Shown here: piece by piece, positions 16,381 through 25,505 of the stretch
Position numbering within the stretch: the first letter of the stretch is position 1
Layout: every line of letters begins with the position of its first letter
Assembly: GCA_003551425.1 (NCBI GenBank)
Contig: PUMP01000059.1
Location: forward strand, 1,369 to 65,368
Direction of reading: 5' to 3'
DNA length: 64,000 bases
Source of the DNA: Candidatus Nealsonbacteria bacterium
GTDB taxonomy: Bacteria > Patescibacteriota > Minisyncoccia > Minisyncoccales > PWPS01
Notes under the pieces: generated by a model
Databases searched by the model: none
What the model saw: the letters and a program-made list of their open reading frames with translations, nothing else
What the model was told of the DNA's origin: nothing
Program-made: the position numbers and the translations under genes

Positions 16381-18194
16381 TCTTGCAGATCTTTTCCTTT
16401 CTCCTCTTTTATCCTTTCCAGTTCTTCCGGAGAAGATGTTATAATCTGGTCTTCCGTGTAAGATGCATTAATCTCGATAACCACCCTCTTTTGGCCGGCA
16501 AAAAAGATACCTTCTCCTATCTGTCCCTCTAAGAGAACAAATTTTTCTTCATCTGTGAGACTGAAAGTCTTTTGAACTTTGTCAATTACCGCGGATGACT
16601 GTTTAAGAAGTATTTTTAAAGCAGAGTTAGTGACGATCGGCTTACCGTATTCGGACTTCATAAAGTCGGCGACATCTTGGGTTATGGTCGTAACCCCTAG
16701 CCAGTATTTCCTTGACCTTTTGACAAGGCCAAAGAGGAAAGACGCTCCGTCTTCGGTTTGCATCATCCACCAAGCTTCATCTACCACAAGGATACGTTTT
16801 TTTGTTGCGGAAGTCACTGCTTTCCATATGTAACGCATGATAATGAACATTGCCATAGTTCTAAGCTCTTCCTCCAAATTTCTTATTCCAAAGACAGAAA
16901 GATTTCCTTCAAGCTTGACATTGGAGTATTGGTTGAAGAACTTTGCGTAAGTTCCTCTTGAAAACTTTCGAAGACGAAGAATAAGTGATCTTGTTCCTTC
17001 CATTGACTCTAAAACCTCTTCCAGGTCAGAAAAGAGAGGTACTTTTTCCTCCCAAGTATCGGGATCACTGTCTGCCGTTATGTCTTTTGCGGCGTAAGTT
17101 GCAATAATTGCTTGATCTATAATTGCGTCTTCTTCAGGAGTTAATCCCCCAAGCATAATCCTCAAGAGACCAACAAGATTAATCGTATTTGTCCTTAAAA
17201 CCTCCTCTGCCGTTTCTCCTTCCTTGGGAACGGGGATATCAAAGGGATTTATGTGATTATCTGATCCGAGAGAGATATCGTAGAAAGAGCCTCCGGCTGC
17301 TTCAGCCAATGTTTTATATTCATTTTCCGGATCAATAACAATTGCCTCTGTTCCCGTCATGAGCGACCTTAAAAGGGCTAACTTTACAAGATACGATTTT
17401 CCTGACCCCGCTGTGCCGAAGACTACTTCGTTGGGATTTTCAAGATCAAAACGGTCAAAAAGTACAAGAGAGTTGTTGTGCTTATTGATTCCGTATAAGA
17501 TGCCGTCATTAGAGCTGAGCTCGGAAGAGATAAAGGGGAATATACTGGAAAGAGGCTCCGTGTTCATGGGGCTGTGAGTCTGAAGAACATCTCTTCCGTA
17601 CGGAGAGGTGCTGATAAAGCCACTCTTTTGCTGGAAAAGCGCGGACTTGAGATAAACTACTTTAGATTCCAGAATTGATCTTAAGACAGTTTCCGTGTCT
17701 TCCAGGTCTTTTTCAGTCTCTCCATAGATGGTGATATAAAATCCAAACTGAAACATTCTTTCTTGCGCTGATTGAAGCCTGTTTCGCAAGTCTTCCAGGT
17801 CTTGGTGGGCTGTTTCTAGTGCAGGGTCACGAACCATGCCCTTATCTTCATTCTCCATTATCTCTGCCTGTACTTCGGTAAGCTTCTTTCTTAGTTTTTT
17901 AAGGACTTGTGTTGTATCTACGGCGTGGATGAAGAACGCTATATCCATCGGAGCATTTAAGTTAATAATTGAAATTAGCCAGCCGCTTGTTAAATAGTGA
18001 GGATAAGAGAAAACGAAGAAAGAGCGAGAAGTCTTTTCTCCTATCTTAAGCTCTCCCTGTTTTTCTTCTATAAAAGAAGGAGCGATAATATCTTTTATCT
18101 CAAAGAAATCATCCTCCTCTTCTTCAGTAGAAGATTTCTTTTGGGGAATGTCGAGCCCAAACATCTTTTTAAAGTTTTCTATAAAGTTTGACAT
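16377..18194 (-). CDS. VirB4/TrbE-family type IV secretion ATPase, C-terminal 605-aa portion
   Basis: Walker A 'VVFGTAGSGKSYLVK' and Walker B 'ILVVDEAWWMM' (the VirB4 DEAW signature). 'YPHYLTSGWLISIINLNAPMDIAFFIH' is typical of Gram-positive VirB4 (PrgJ/TcpF-like) middle regions. Confidence 0.8.
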   Translation of the reverse strand: MSNFIENFKKMFGLDIPQKKSSTEEEEDDFFEIKDIIAPSFIEEKQGELKIGEKTSRSFFVFSYPHYLTSGWLISIINLNAPMDIAFFIHAVDTTQVLKKLRKKLTEVQAEIMENEDKGMVRDPALETAHQDLEDLRNRLQSAQERMFQFGFYITIYGETEKDLEDTETVLRSILESKVVYLKSALFQQKSGFISTSPYGRDVLQTHSPMNTEPLSSIFPFISSELSSNDGILYGINKHNNSLVLFDRFDLENPNEVVFGTAGSGKSYLVKLALLRSLMTGTEAIVIDPENEYKTLAEAAGGSFYDISLGSDNHINPFDIPVPKEGETAEEVLRTNTINLVGLLRIMLGGLTPEEDAIIDQAIIATYAAKDITADSDPDTWEEKVPLFSDLEEVLESMEGTRSLILRLRKFSRGTYAKFFNQYSNVKLEGNLSVFGIRNLEEELRTMAMFIIMRYIWKAVTSATKKRILVVDEAWWMMQTEDGASFLFGLVKRSRKYWLGVTTITQDVADFMKSEYGKPIVTNSALKILLKQSSAVIDKVQKTFSLTDEEKFVLLEGQIGEGIFFAGQKRVVIEINASYTEDQIITSSPEELERIKEEKGKDLQD

Positions 18195-18195
18195 T

Positions 18196-18825
18196 TTACA
18201 TAATAAGTTCTTCCGGTATTTCCGGGAAGTACCCCTTTTCCGCTTGTTTTGGATGGTGCATGCTCCAAAGCAACTCTATGAGCTCGGAAGAAGTAAGCGG
18301 AACGGAGTGAAGGCTGCACCTGCGAAGCCCCAAAGCCACAAACTCCATTCTTTGGTATAACTGATCTCTTGATCTTTTAAAAACTTCTTCGGAAAGAGTT
18401 CCTTTGCGTGATGCTACAACGTCACGGGTTGAAGTCTTTGTTTCACCGACACTGTAAGGGACAACAACGAAGAAATTCTTGCTATAGACATCTTCTTTTC
18501 TTACAAACTCTTCCAAAAAGTCTATATATCCCGCTGTTTGGTGCCGTAAAAGATCATTAGTCTGTTCTTTCTTGAGCTCTTTAATTTTATCTATATATCC
18601 TCTGATATTGGTTCTCCTGGACTGAACCACAATTTGTAAATAAAAATCCAAAGAGTTTAAAAAGGCTTGGAAGTGATAGATGATTGCCTTTTGCTCTTCT
18701 TCGGACTTTAAGACGAAGTTTATCGATGAAATCATTAAGATTCCCCGTAACTGATTGTTTTTTAGAACAATCAACCCTTCTCTTATTTGCTTTATTTCAA
18801 GTAACTCTTGTGTGCTTAAAGGCAT
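18196..18825 (-). CDS. VirB4 N-terminal-region-like protein (separate 209-aa ORF)
   Basis: 'LEIKQIREGLIVLKNN.LRGILMISSINFVLKSEEEQKAIIYHFQAFLNSLDF.LQIVVQSRR' matches the start of Gram-positive VirB4 ATPases as I recall them. The stop is 1 nt from the next ATG, and the two ORFs are in different frames. Confidence 0.55.
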   Translation of the reverse strand: MPLSTQELLEIKQIREGLIVLKNNQLRGILMISSINFVLKSEEEQKAIIYHFQAFLNSLDFYLQIVVQSRRTNIRGYIDKIKELKKEQTNDLLRHQTAGYIDFLEEFVRKEDVYSKNFFVVVPYSVGETKTSTRDVVASRKGTLSEEVFKRSRDQLYQRMEFVALGLRRCSLHSVPLTSSELIELLWSMHHPKQAEKGYFPEIPEELIM

Positions 18826-18827
18826 AT

Positions 18828-19253
18828 TTAAAATGTTTCAATACGTGAGCTCACCTTGCCGAGCCTACTGCCTTTTTTTAATTTTTTCTCTTCCTCCCTT
18901 TCTTCTGTTTTTTTCTTCTTTGGGAGAGACCTCTTCTTTCTTTCTGTAGATATTTTAACCGGTTTTTCTTTTTTTTCCCATACATACTCTTTTGAAGCTG
19001 TAGAGAAAGCAATATAGTTTTTAATGTAGTTAGAAAGAGGCATTTCGTTAATTTTTAAAAAAGCCAAAGCGACTCCTCCTGTAGCCACAAAGGCGGAAAT
19101 GAAAAAGAAAAGGAGCAAACTTACTTCTCTTAATATAAGATAAAGGAAAAAGATAATAAAAGCCGCGATTCCAAGCGGGATAATTTGTTGGAAAGTAGCA
19201 GGGCCCACTATTTTTGCCTCATGCTCAATATTCCTTGGCACTTTATATCTCAT
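18828..19253 (-). CDS. PrgI-family (VirB3-like) small membrane protein
   Basis: 'MRYKVPRNIEHEAKIVGPATFQQIIPLGIAAFIIFFLYL' plus two TM helices, directly upstream of VirB4 as in Gram-positive T4SS loci. Confidence 0.6.
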   Translation of the reverse strand: MRYKVPRNIEHEAKIVGPATFQQIIPLGIAAFIIFFLYLILREVSLLLFFFISAFVATGGVALAFLKINEMPLSNYIKNYIAFSTASKEYVWEKKEKPVKISTERKKRSLPKKKKTEEREEEKKLKKGSRLGKVSSRIETF

Positions 19254-19302
19254 ATGATCATTTTAGCACAAAGGTAATCCAAGTAAAGAGGGAGGGTGAA
19301 GC

Positions 19303-19331
19303 TTGACAAATCTGCCATTTCATGATAGAAA
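19303..19331 (+). promoter_or_regulatory. Candidate promoter (TTGACA-17-TAGAAA) for the SPFH gene
   Basis: An exact -35 at 19303..19308. It argues that the listed ORF start (19322) is too far upstream. Confidence 0.45.
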
Positions 19332-19381
19332 AAAAGCGGAGTATGCACACTACAAAATTGTTATATAAGGAGGTTTTTAAA

Positions 19382-20623
19382 ATGATATGGTGGATTCTTT
19401 TTGTACTGTTGTTGGTAGGAATCTTTCTCCTCTCTTTCTATTCTCTCCGGTATTCTTTTGGAAAGGTGGAAGAAGGGACGACCAGGGTTATTATGAGCCT
19501 TGGGCAGTTTGATAACATCAAAATGGTCTGGAGGGGCCATTTTATGGATGAAGACTTTAACATTCTAAGAGAAGAAGAGGACGATGGAAGAAGAAGAAAA
19601 AAGATATCTGGTCGAATTTTTGGCGGATTCTTCTTTATGGGGCTTTATCCTTTTAAGAAGATCCATAGCTATTCTATTACGTGGAGTAGTAGCCATGGTC
19701 GAAAAGAAGGAAAAGCTGGGATAAGTGAAGAATTCAAGAAGATAAACCTCAAGCCCGAGGTTTATAGGTCGCTGGTAGAGAACGCTGAGACAAAAGAAAG
19801 GGTGCAATGCAAGGTTGAATACCTTGTGACTCTCAGAATTAATAATCCCTACAGATTTTTATTCGTTAGCCCTGATAACTCCCTAGAAGAAGCGTTGTCC
19901 CAAATAGATACACTGATACGTGACCTGGTTGGAAGTTATTCCTTTGAGAAGCTGTATACGCTTGAAAGACAGAAGATTTGGGAAAAAGTAAAAGACAGGA
20001 AGCTGTTACGAGTGTCCCAGCAAGATCCGGGGACGCTTCAAAAGTGGGGAATAGGAGTAGCGAAAGAGGGGATTACCTTTATAGAGGTCTCCCCCATGGA
20101 CAAGAGAATTACCGAAGCTCTTGCAGAGGAGCAAAAAGAAGACTTCGAGGCGAAAGGAGCCTCGAAAAGGATAGCAAAGAAAGTAGTATATATGATGGCA
20201 GAAGGTGCTGGCAAGACTCCTAAGCAAATCGCAAGAGATATAGAAAGCGATGCCGAGACGAGAAATAAGTTCTTTTCTTGGTGTCAAGAAATGGTAAGGA
20301 AAGATCTTGCCATGAGATCCGGTAGTTATATTAATGTTGACGTGGAAAGTGGAGGCGAGCTGGAGAAAACAATTCTTAATACAATTGCGGGCTTTCTGAG
20401 AATGCCACAGGGTCCGCAAGGAAAAGGAAATGAGCAAGGAGGCGTAGAAAAAGAAGAGAAGAAAAAGCCTAAGAATGATGTCGATGCAGACGAAGATGAA
20501 ATAGATGAAGAAGAGCAAGAAAACGAAGAAAGCAACAAAGAAGAAGAGGGCTCCGAGGTTTCATACAGCCCGGAACTTATGAAAAGAAATAGAGAGAGAA
20601 TACTAAAAGAACAGGGCCGTTAA
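19382..20623 (+). CDS. SPFH/band-7-like membrane protein with an acidic C-terminal tail
   Basis: Start chosen at the ATG preceded by AAGGAGG (MIWWILFVLLL = TM). 'FGKVEEGTTRVIMSLGQF' and 'VEYLVTLRINNPYRFLF...LSQIDTLIRDLVGSYSFEKL' resemble SPFH domains. The C-terminus is D/E/K-rich. Confidence 0.5.
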   Translation: MIWWILFVLLLVGIFLLSFYSLRYSFGKVEEGTTRVIMSLGQFDNIKMVWRGHFMDEDFNILREEEDDGRRRKKISGRIFGGFFFMGLYPFKKIHSYSITWSSSHGRKEGKAGISEEFKKINLKPEVYRSLVENAETKERVQCKVEYLVTLRINNPYRFLFVSPDNSLEEALSQIDTLIRDLVGSYSFEKLYTLERQKIWEKVKDRKLLRVSQQDPGTLQKWGIGVAKEGITFIEVSPMDKRITEALAEEQKEDFEAKGASKRIAKKVVYMMAEGAGKTPKQIARDIESDAETRNKFFSWCQEMVRKDLAMRSGSYINVDVESGGELEKTILNTIAGFLRMPQGPQGKGNEQGGVEKEEKKKPKNDVDADEDEIDEEEQENEESNKEEEGSEVSYSPELMKRNRERILKEQGR

Positions 20624-20648
20624 CCCCTTATAACAATTCAACTTTAAA

Positions 20649-20675
20649 GGCCGACAATCACTGTCGGTCTTCTTC
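20649..20675. terminator. Hairpin (GGCCGACA-atcac-TGTCGGTC) between convergent genes
   Basis: A 7/8-bp stem followed by TTCTTC. It is the only structured element in the 67-nt convergent spacer. Confidence 0.4.
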
Positions 20676-20690
20676 ATGGACAAGAAAGAG

Positions 20691-21101
20691 TTAAGTTATG
20701 GGCTCTCTGTAAGGATCGCTACTCCTTTTCTCTGTTGCTTTCTTCCTCTTAGGGAGAGACTTTTTCTTTTCTTTAACATGAGGAGAGGAGATGTGCGGCA
20801 ATACTTTTGAGCTTAACGTTCTTTTAATTTTTCGCGCTCTTTCTTCACTTACTTCTAACTTCTTAACAAAATAAGAAACCATATCTTCTTTCTTTAACTT
20901 TCCATGAGCGTAATCGGATACGGCTTTAGAAATAATTCCTCCGGGAGAAGAAGCCATTATTTTCTTTCTTTCTTCTTTCTCTTCGCACTTAACCCATTTT
21001 TGAAAAGACTTGTCTTGCTTAGACTTTAATTTCTTGCTTTTTTCAACAATCTCTTTAATTATTTCTGCGACGTTTTGAGGATAAGTTATTTTTTCACTCA
21101 T
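20691..21101 (-). CDS. Hypothetical Lys-rich cytoplasmic protein (136 aa), last gene of the pilin/M23 operon
   Basis: ORF with a 10-nt spacer to the upstream gene. I recognise no motif. Confidence 0.5.
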   Translation of the reverse strand: MSEKITYPQNVAEIIKEIVEKSKKLKSKQDKSFQKWVKCEEKEERKKIMASSPGGIISKAVSDYAHGKLKKEDMVSYFVKKLEVSEERARKIKRTLSSKVLPHISSPHVKEKKKSLPKRKKATEKRSSDPYREPIT

Positions 21102-21111
21102 ATGAAATTAA

Positions 21112-23331
21112 TTAATCATCTCTTAGTTCTTCAGCTTCTATATATGCAGGATGAGCTGTGATAATGTTAAAGTTATGTCTTCTTTGCCTGCGTGCCTCTT
21201 CGGGGAAGTCATTAAATGTTTCTATAAGATTCCTTAATCCCTTATAATTATATTCTGCTACTGCTTGGATGCTGCGAGAATTCTGAGTAAGAGCGTCAGC
21301 AACGGCTTCGTTTCTGTAAGCGGAAGGAATCATGTTTCTTTGTTCTCCGGGGCTCATATTTAGCACCAGATTAACATCATCTCTGTATCGATCGTCTAAT
21401 CGCCTTTCCAGTTCTGTTTGAATTATTCTGTTTCTTTCCTCTTCAGATTGCCCTTGCCTCTTCGGGGTTTCTCGCGCAACATCTTCCCAGGTAGGTTGTT
21501 CTTCTGCGTGCGGGGCTATTTTTTTGTATTGACTTATTTGATTATTTACATTTCTTAGTGCGTTTGCTTGGCTTCTTTGCCTTCTATTCATCTCTCTTTG
21601 AATTCTATCATTGTAATCGGCATTTGATTCTCCTGTATTTTGTGGAAAATCTCCTTGTACCGCTCCCCTGGTGATGTTTTCTTGAGATGCTTCAACTTCC
21701 CTTCTTTTCCTTTGTAATTTCTCTATTTCGTCTCCAATAGCTAATCTAGCTGCATTCTCTTGATATTTATCACCGGTATCAGCAATTTTTTTCAAATCAC
21801 CAGCCTTTCCCCCGGCCCTTCTTATTTGATCCGGTCTTTGGAACTCTGACGGGGTTTTCTTTGCCTCTTCTTCGGCTTCACTTTTTCTTCTTTTTGCCCA
21901 CCTGGCAAGAGATGGTGCTGCTAATTTTGCTATCGGCATCTTTCTCATTCGTTCCGCCATGTTTTCTACACCTTCCGGCACATTGGCTCTTTCTTGTGAT
22001 CCCTTAGGAACAAAGCTATGCTTGAAAGCTCGTCCTGCAGTTCCGCTAATTGAAGCACCAAATGTTTTGGCCTGGCTTATTGCGGCATCTACTCCTGCCG
22101 GTATAAACTTCTTTCCGAAAAAGAGAATTGTAATGAAGTAAATTAAAAGAATGACGTAATAAACAATCCCGCTATCCAGGAAGATTCGTGATATGCCAAC
22201 AACCCACCCTGTCTCTCCTAGCTCTGCTTCTCTAATAGAGCCTTCAAGAACATCCACCATTCCTACCATATTAAATCCCAAGATAAGCAGAAAGGCGAAA
22301 ACGATACCAGCAAAGAGCCACTGCAAAAGGCTTCTTAGCCATAACTCAAAATAGCCGTAGATCTTTGTGCCGGGAAAAATCAAACAGATGAAGGCAAGAG
22401 GAGCAATAACCGCAAGTATTTGTATGATAAAGATTCTTACAACGAAAATCACAAAGAAGAGAAAGAAAGCGCCGGCAAGAAGCATGTTTATCAGTCCCTG
22501 AACAAACATTGATAATATCTCACCAAACCAGATGAATCCGGCTGCTATAACCGCAAATTGCACCGCTACGGATAAATAAGGGATTAGCATTGCTAAGGAA
22601 AATACCCCTAGAGCAACCGCAAATCCAATTATTTGTTCTGTTGTACCGGTAAAAAGCGTGTCCATTGATGCAGTAACAAGGTTTGTTGCTTCTTGGGGAC
22701 CGTCTCTTTCACAGCAACACGGTTCTTCTCCTTCGCAGAATTGGGGATCTCCAGGGACTGTCCCTGACGGGCACACGCCTTCTCCCGGATAAAATTCTAT
22801 ATGTGTACAATCGGGCTCTATTACAAGTTGCTCTGAAATAGTGCTAAAGAAAACATTTGAGACATCAATTCCCATTCCTACAAAAACCAAAGAGAAGTTT
22901 ATAAGCAAGGCGACGCCGATTAGCCTGGGGAATGCTTTCTTAAGCCCAAGATTGTCAAACTTTAATATGATAGAGATAGCGATAATAACAAACGCTATGA
23001 TAAGCAGCATATTAGAGATACCGAGAACAAACTCCCATCCTACCTCTATAATTCGATGATCCAAGGTAAGCACCTCCGGTGTGGCTGTAATAATTGACAC
23101 CAAGTATTCGGTAGCCATCTTTAAGAGCCCGAAAGAGAGAATTAAAAACAAGAACAAAAATATTGCCAGAGCCAGAATTGGTCCCACTGCTTCAGATAGC
23201 CCTTCAAGCTGTTTGTGCCCAAGGTCAAAGACAAAGCCATCCGTTATTTTTGGCAATAAAAGAAATAATAGAAAAATAAAGGCAGAAGAGAGCAGCTTTA
23301 GCTTTGACTTATATTTTTCCTTTAAAAACAT
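21112..23331 (-). CDS. Large polytopic membrane protein, possibly a VirB6/TrbL/PrgH-class T4SS component
   Basis: 739 aa. Signal/TM N-terminus, roughly 8-10 hydrophobic helices, a 7-Cys loop 'CTHIEFYPGEGVCPSGTVPGDPQFCEGEEPCCCE', and a ~320-aa R/Q/E-rich cytoplasmic tail. The assignment rests on topology and context only. Confidence 0.45.
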   Translation of the reverse strand: MFLKEKYKSKLKLLSSAFIFLLFLLLPKITDGFVFDLGHKQLEGLSEAVGPILALAIFLFLFLILSFGLLKMATEYLVSIITATPEVLTLDHRIIEVGWEFVLGISNMLLIIAFVIIAISIILKFDNLGLKKAFPRLIGVALLINFSLVFVGMGIDVSNVFFSTISEQLVIEPDCTHIEFYPGEGVCPSGTVPGDPQFCEGEEPCCCERDGPQEATNLVTASMDTLFTGTTEQIIGFAVALGVFSLAMLIPYLSVAVQFAVIAAGFIWFGEILSMFVQGLINMLLAGAFFLFFVIFVVRIFIIQILAVIAPLAFICLIFPGTKIYGYFELWLRSLLQWLFAGIVFAFLLILGFNMVGMVDVLEGSIREAELGETGWVVGISRIFLDSGIVYYVILLIYFITILFFGKKFIPAGVDAAISQAKTFGASISGTAGRAFKHSFVPKGSQERANVPEGVENMAERMRKMPIAKLAAPSLARWAKRRKSEAEEEAKKTPSEFQRPDQIRRAGGKAGDLKKIADTGDKYQENAARLAIGDEIEKLQRKRREVEASQENITRGAVQGDFPQNTGESNADYNDRIQREMNRRQRSQANALRNVNNQISQYKKIAPHAEEQPTWEDVARETPKRQGQSEEERNRIIQTELERRLDDRYRDDVNLVLNMSPGEQRNMIPSAYRNEAVADALTQNSRSIQAVAEYNYKGLRNLIETFNDFPEEARRQRRHNFNIITAHPAYIEAEELRDD

Positions 23332-23353
23332 TTATCTTTAATTATTCTTTATT

Positions 23354-24805
23354 TTATTCCCACCAACCTTCTTCGCATGAATATAGTCCCCACAAACCTT
23401 CCCAGCAGACATTAATTGTTACATCTTCGGTCATTTCAATGTTAGGGATATATCCATCGTTAATAGCGGGATCTCCTTCTTTTGACCATTCGAAAGTTGT
23501 TCCCCACCATTCGGAGCCAACCTCATGAAGTGCTACAATATTACGGTGTTCCGGAATCTCTGTGCGGCATCTATTTCTAGCTTCCACGAACCCGCAATCA
23601 ATGTACCCATGATGAGGGGGGCGGTGCTTTGTCTCTATTCTCATAATGTCAAGCTCGATACCCCAGTCATCTTCATCTGCTTCTCCAATATGGCCCCGAT
23701 AAGGGTTAATGGTCAGAGTAAATGTCTCTATGCCGTCGGGAAGATCCAGTGGTCCGGAGTAGCACCGATTAGGAGAGCTGTCTCTGCAATAGGTGCGAGA
23801 AATCTCTACGGCACCTTCCTCCGGGTCTGTTGTTCCTATTGCCTCTCTTTCTTGTCTTCTTTCAATCTCCATGCAATCTATTGATCTTCCAAATCCGAAA
23901 ATTCCTTCCTCCAGATCAACCGTAGGTATTGAGCCGCGGCTTAATTTTTCACCACAAGCGACTTCTGGAGCTCCAATCTCCCACCAGTTTGCTGTTGCTT
24001 CATAAAGATCGGCTATGGAAGTTCCTCCTTCTTTATATAAGCCCCTGGGGTCCGGTCTCATTTTCTCACCGGGACCAAACCTTTCCGCCTGATGGCTGCC
24101 AATTCCTATTATATCTCCTCCTTGCCCCATTGTTTGTTCTATTTCTACCGGAGGACTATATCTCTGATACCCAAGAGATATGCCGTCTTCTAGTTGTTTC
24201 ATTTCATCCGGCGGTATTGCCGTATATCCCTTTACCGATTTTGGAGAATGATCTTCGTGTATTTCATCGGCTTCTAGTTGTATGTTGTATATATCCTTGT
24301 TTCTTATATAAACCGTGGCAATGTGATCTTCATGGTTTTTCTTGGCGTAAAACTCCATAATATCAACGGGTTCTCCTTCAAGGTCTGCGAGACTTAGATC
24401 GGAAATATAGACTTCGTCATGAATGCTAAAAGTTACGGGAGAGATTCTTACCAGTTCGGGGTTTATCATGCTTAATATTACCCAAGAAGATAAAAGCAAT
24501 ACTAGCCCTATTACTGCGGACTGGATTCTTGACAAAGCATCTTGCATCACGGCGGGCTTTCCGGCAGAGATTGTGTATTGAAATCCGGAGAATACCAGGA
24601 TGCCAAATACCAGCAATATGCCGATAATAATTCCCCACTCGTAAAAGTATGCGATAAGTTCGTGAAGTGGCATATCGCGCCGGAACTCTATGGTGGGAGA
24701 GTCTGGCCAAGCAACTTCCGTATTGGCAATAGCCACGGAGAAAGACGCAAAAAATAAAAAGAGAGAAGAAAAAAGCGTTTTTAAATTAAGTATTTCTTTT
24801 TTCAT
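23354..24805 (-). CDS. Secreted chimeric protein: N-terminal pilin-like two-helix module + ~360-aa Cys/Trp-rich C-terminal domain
   Basis: Signal peptide, then 'LHELIAYFYEWGIIIGILLVFGILVFSGFQYTISAGKPAVMQDALSRIQSAVIGLVLLLSSWVILSMINPELV', which resembles the T4SS/CPR pilin-like fold. It ends in 'EEGWWE'. Confidence 0.55.
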   Translation of the reverse strand: MKKEILNLKTLFSSLFLFFASFSVAIANTEVAWPDSPTIEFRRDMPLHELIAYFYEWGIIIGILLVFGILVFSGFQYTISAGKPAVMQDALSRIQSAVIGLVLLLSSWVILSMINPELVRISPVTFSIHDEVYISDLSLADLEGEPVDIMEFYAKKNHEDHIATVYIRNKDIYNIQLEADEIHEDHSPKSVKGYTAIPPDEMKQLEDGISLGYQRYSPPVEIEQTMGQGGDIIGIGSHQAERFGPGEKMRPDPRGLYKEGGTSIADLYEATANWWEIGAPEVACGEKLSRGSIPTVDLEEGIFGFGRSIDCMEIERRQEREAIGTTDPEEGAVEISRTYCRDSSPNRCYSGPLDLPDGIETFTLTINPYRGHIGEADEDDWGIELDIMRIETKHRPPHHGYIDCGFVEARNRCRTEIPEHRNIVALHEVGSEWWGTTFEWSKEGDPAINDGYIPNIEMTEDVTINVCWEGLWGLYSCEEGWWE

Positions 24806-25497
24806 GCTTCGTTTTCTGTTTTAATCTCTATGGAATCCATTATATGGTTTACTTGTTCAGAAAAATCTTCCCAAAGACTGGAGATTATGAAAACGGAAAC
24901 CATGTATCTTTCGTTATCAATATGTATTATTTGTTCTTTTGCTCGAACCTCTCCTATCGGGCTTTTATACTTTGTTTTAAATATTTTTCCATGTTTTGTT
25001 TCTTCTTCTTCCAAAATCTCACGGGAAGTATCTTTCACAAAAATATCTTCCGTTTTTTTCAATAAATCACCTTCTTCCGCACCATCTTCTCTTAAAACAG
25101 TCATTCCCGCCTTTGCCTCAAAAGGCCCTACAAGAAAAGAGGTAAAAAGGATTTCAATGTTCTCCTGATCCAAGTCTTCTATATCTTCTACAGATTCCCA
25201 GTGCGAAGGGTATGCTACTCTTATTTTGTCATTTGGCCCTGTAAATTCTTCATATTCTATCTCTTCGGCGCTTTTTAGTTCTTCGTTATTTAGGCTTCGA
25301 TATTCATCCAGATAATCTCCGCTAATAATGTCTTCCATGGAAGGAAGAGAATATTCCGAAGTGGCTATTTCTCTTTCCGGAAACCTGGGGTGAGTAACGC
25401 CCTCTTTATTCCCGGTTTGCTGGCTGTGAAAATAGGTAGAAAGAACCAGGAAAGCTATCATCAAGAAGCTTATTATAACTATTTTTTTATCCGACAT
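24802..25497 (-). CDS. Bitopic membrane-anchored acidic protein (231 aa)
   Basis: A single N-terminal TM (IVIISFLMIAFLVLSTYF) followed by a ~200-aa soluble domain. Size and topology are compatible with a VirB8/PrgL-class component, but no motif supports this. Confidence 0.5.
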   Translation of the reverse strand: MSDKKIVIISFLMIAFLVLSTYFHSQQTGNKEGVTHPRFPEREIATSEYSLPSMEDIISGDYLDEYRSLNNEELKSAEEIEYEEFTGPNDKIRVAYPSHWESVEDIEDLDQENIEILFTSFLVGPFEAKAGMTVLREDGAEEGDLLKKTEDIFVKDTSREILEEEETKHGKIFKTKYKSPIGEVRAKEQIIHIDNERYMVSVFIISSLWEDFSEQVNHIMDSIEIKTENEA

Positions 25498-25505
25498 TTT
25501 TATGA

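Noticed and set aside
19322-19381. Upstream start of the SPFH-like ORF. Similar 5' extensions occur at 51094..51144 (receiver) and 52325..52345 (holA).
   Set aside because: - For the SPFH gene, a TTGACA-17-TAGAAA promoter overlaps the listed start, and a strong AAGGAGG precedes the ATG at 19382.
- For the receiver, the downstream Met gives the canonical N-terminus (MTKILVVEDD).
- For holA, the downstream Met forms an ATGA overlap with mutM.
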